In this document: positions 63,039-64,000 of the stretch, piece by piece | How the letters are laid out: the number at the start of each line of letters is the position of its first letter | Numbering within the stretch: the stretch's first letter is position 1 | NCBI GenBank assembly: GCA_009103225.1 | Contig: RHPI01003642.1 | Span: 735,099 to 799,098 of the forward strand | Direction of reading: 5' to 3' | Source: Chlorokybus atmophyticus | Lineage: Eukaryota; Plantae; Mesostigma and Chlorokybus algae | Length of the DNA: 64,000 bases | Notes under the pieces: generated by a model | Told to the model about the DNA's origin: nothing | What the model saw: the letters and a program-made list of their open reading frames with translations, nothing else | Databases searched by the model: none | Translations under genes and position numbers: made by a program

Positions 63039-64000
63039 ATGGGCGACTACGGAGGGTATGGCGGTGACGGCGGAGGCGGGTACGGTGGAGGAGGCGGTGG
63101 TGGGTACGGAGGGAGTGGCGGAGGAGGAGGCTACAGTGGAGGAGGCTATGGAGGCGGTGGTTACGAGGGTATCGTTGCTGTTTGTCGTTATTGTTCATTT
63201 CATAGCAGCGTCTTTTTCTACGTGCGTGTGTGTAAGCTCTGTGTGTACAAGCTGTGTATGTACTCAAGCAGGTGGCGGTGGTGGTGGCTATGGTGGAAGA
63301 GGCGGTGGTCGGGACTTTGGGGGCGGTGGCCGCGGCGGTGGTGGTGGCCGTGGCGGTGGCGGTGGCGGTGGACCGCAGCGCGAAGGCGACTGGCCGTGTC
63401 CGAACCCAGGGTGTGCATGTTGTATTGCGCATGCCGCAGATTTTTACCTTACCATACTTCTGCGAATTTACGTCTTGATGGCATGCTGCTCGTCTGATTG
63501 ATGCTTTCCAATAGATCTGCATGCACTGTTGGCATTGGTCCTCGTGTTGAGTACGGTGGCGCACGCTGCCTGCTTTATGTCCTTGCGGAACACGCTCAGC
63601 GTGCTTGTAGTTGGAAGTGGGTAGCTCTGTCGCACTGCGTGTCTGAAGCAGCCTTCACTAGTGCGTTTCTGCAACGTGCATCAGCTATCTGCTGTAGTTG
63701 GGCAAACTCTCTTAAATCAATTGTCGTCATTCAAGCTGCTCACCTCCGCACATTGTTTGCTCGCACCGGCAGTGGGTGTACCTTTTTGATCTTCACCATC
63801 ATGCATGTCTGAAGCCTCACTTGCAGGTGTGGAAATGTAAACTTTGCGCGTCGCACTGAATGCAACCGCTGCGGCACAGCTAAGCCTGACGGCGCAGGCG
63901 GTGGGGGAGGTGGGGGAGGTGGGTATGGCGGGCGTGGCGGTGGGTATGGTGGGGGTCGGGGGGGCAGAGACTCGTACAGCACACGTGGCGGCTTTGATGA
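63039..64000 (+). CDS. TAF15: FET-family (TAF15/EWS/FUS-like) RNA-binding protein, 5' part; runs off the window
   Basis: GY/RGG-rich N-terminus and a RanBP2 zinc finger REGDWPCPNPG|CGNVNFARRTECNRCGTAKP. A probable 5'UTR intron lies at ~62938-63037. Confidence 0.88.

Overview
Eukaryotic, intron-rich nuclear DNA, most likely from a flagellated green alga: it has a plastid-type FabZ, a plant-type TEY MAPK, a plant TAF15b-type RRM and an axonemal dynein-light-domain protein. Bases 0.5-16.2 kb hold one giant fibrocystin-L (PKHD1L1)-like gene of about 27 exons. A run of head-to-head gene pairs follows: conserved hypothetical/MAPK, FabZ/axonemal coiled-coil protein, D-amino-acid transaminase/SPCS2, ACBP/UTP10 and GrpE/TAF15. 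The DAAT-SPCS2 pair is tandemly duplicated with reciprocal pseudogenisation, and the GrpE-TAF15 pair appears duplicated too. The most notable hidden elements are: (1) three paralogous box C/D snoRNAs in one UTP10 intron whose conserved guide is antisense to 18S rRNA nt 5-14, overlapping the U3 box A site (predicted Um8); (2) a three-LTR tandem TRIM with a 5-bp TSD whose LTR/PBS junction forms a tRNA-like A-box/B-box; (3) a 3.4-kb Plavaka/CACTA-type element with candidate TIRs and TA TSD, a divergent spliced passenger gene and palindromic motifs between the two genes; (4) recurrent GC-AG introns with a GCAAGC donor. Single Ns at 1451, 51000, 51856 and ~58887 probably mark assembly gaps. All family assignments come from motif recognition by eye; no database search was run.
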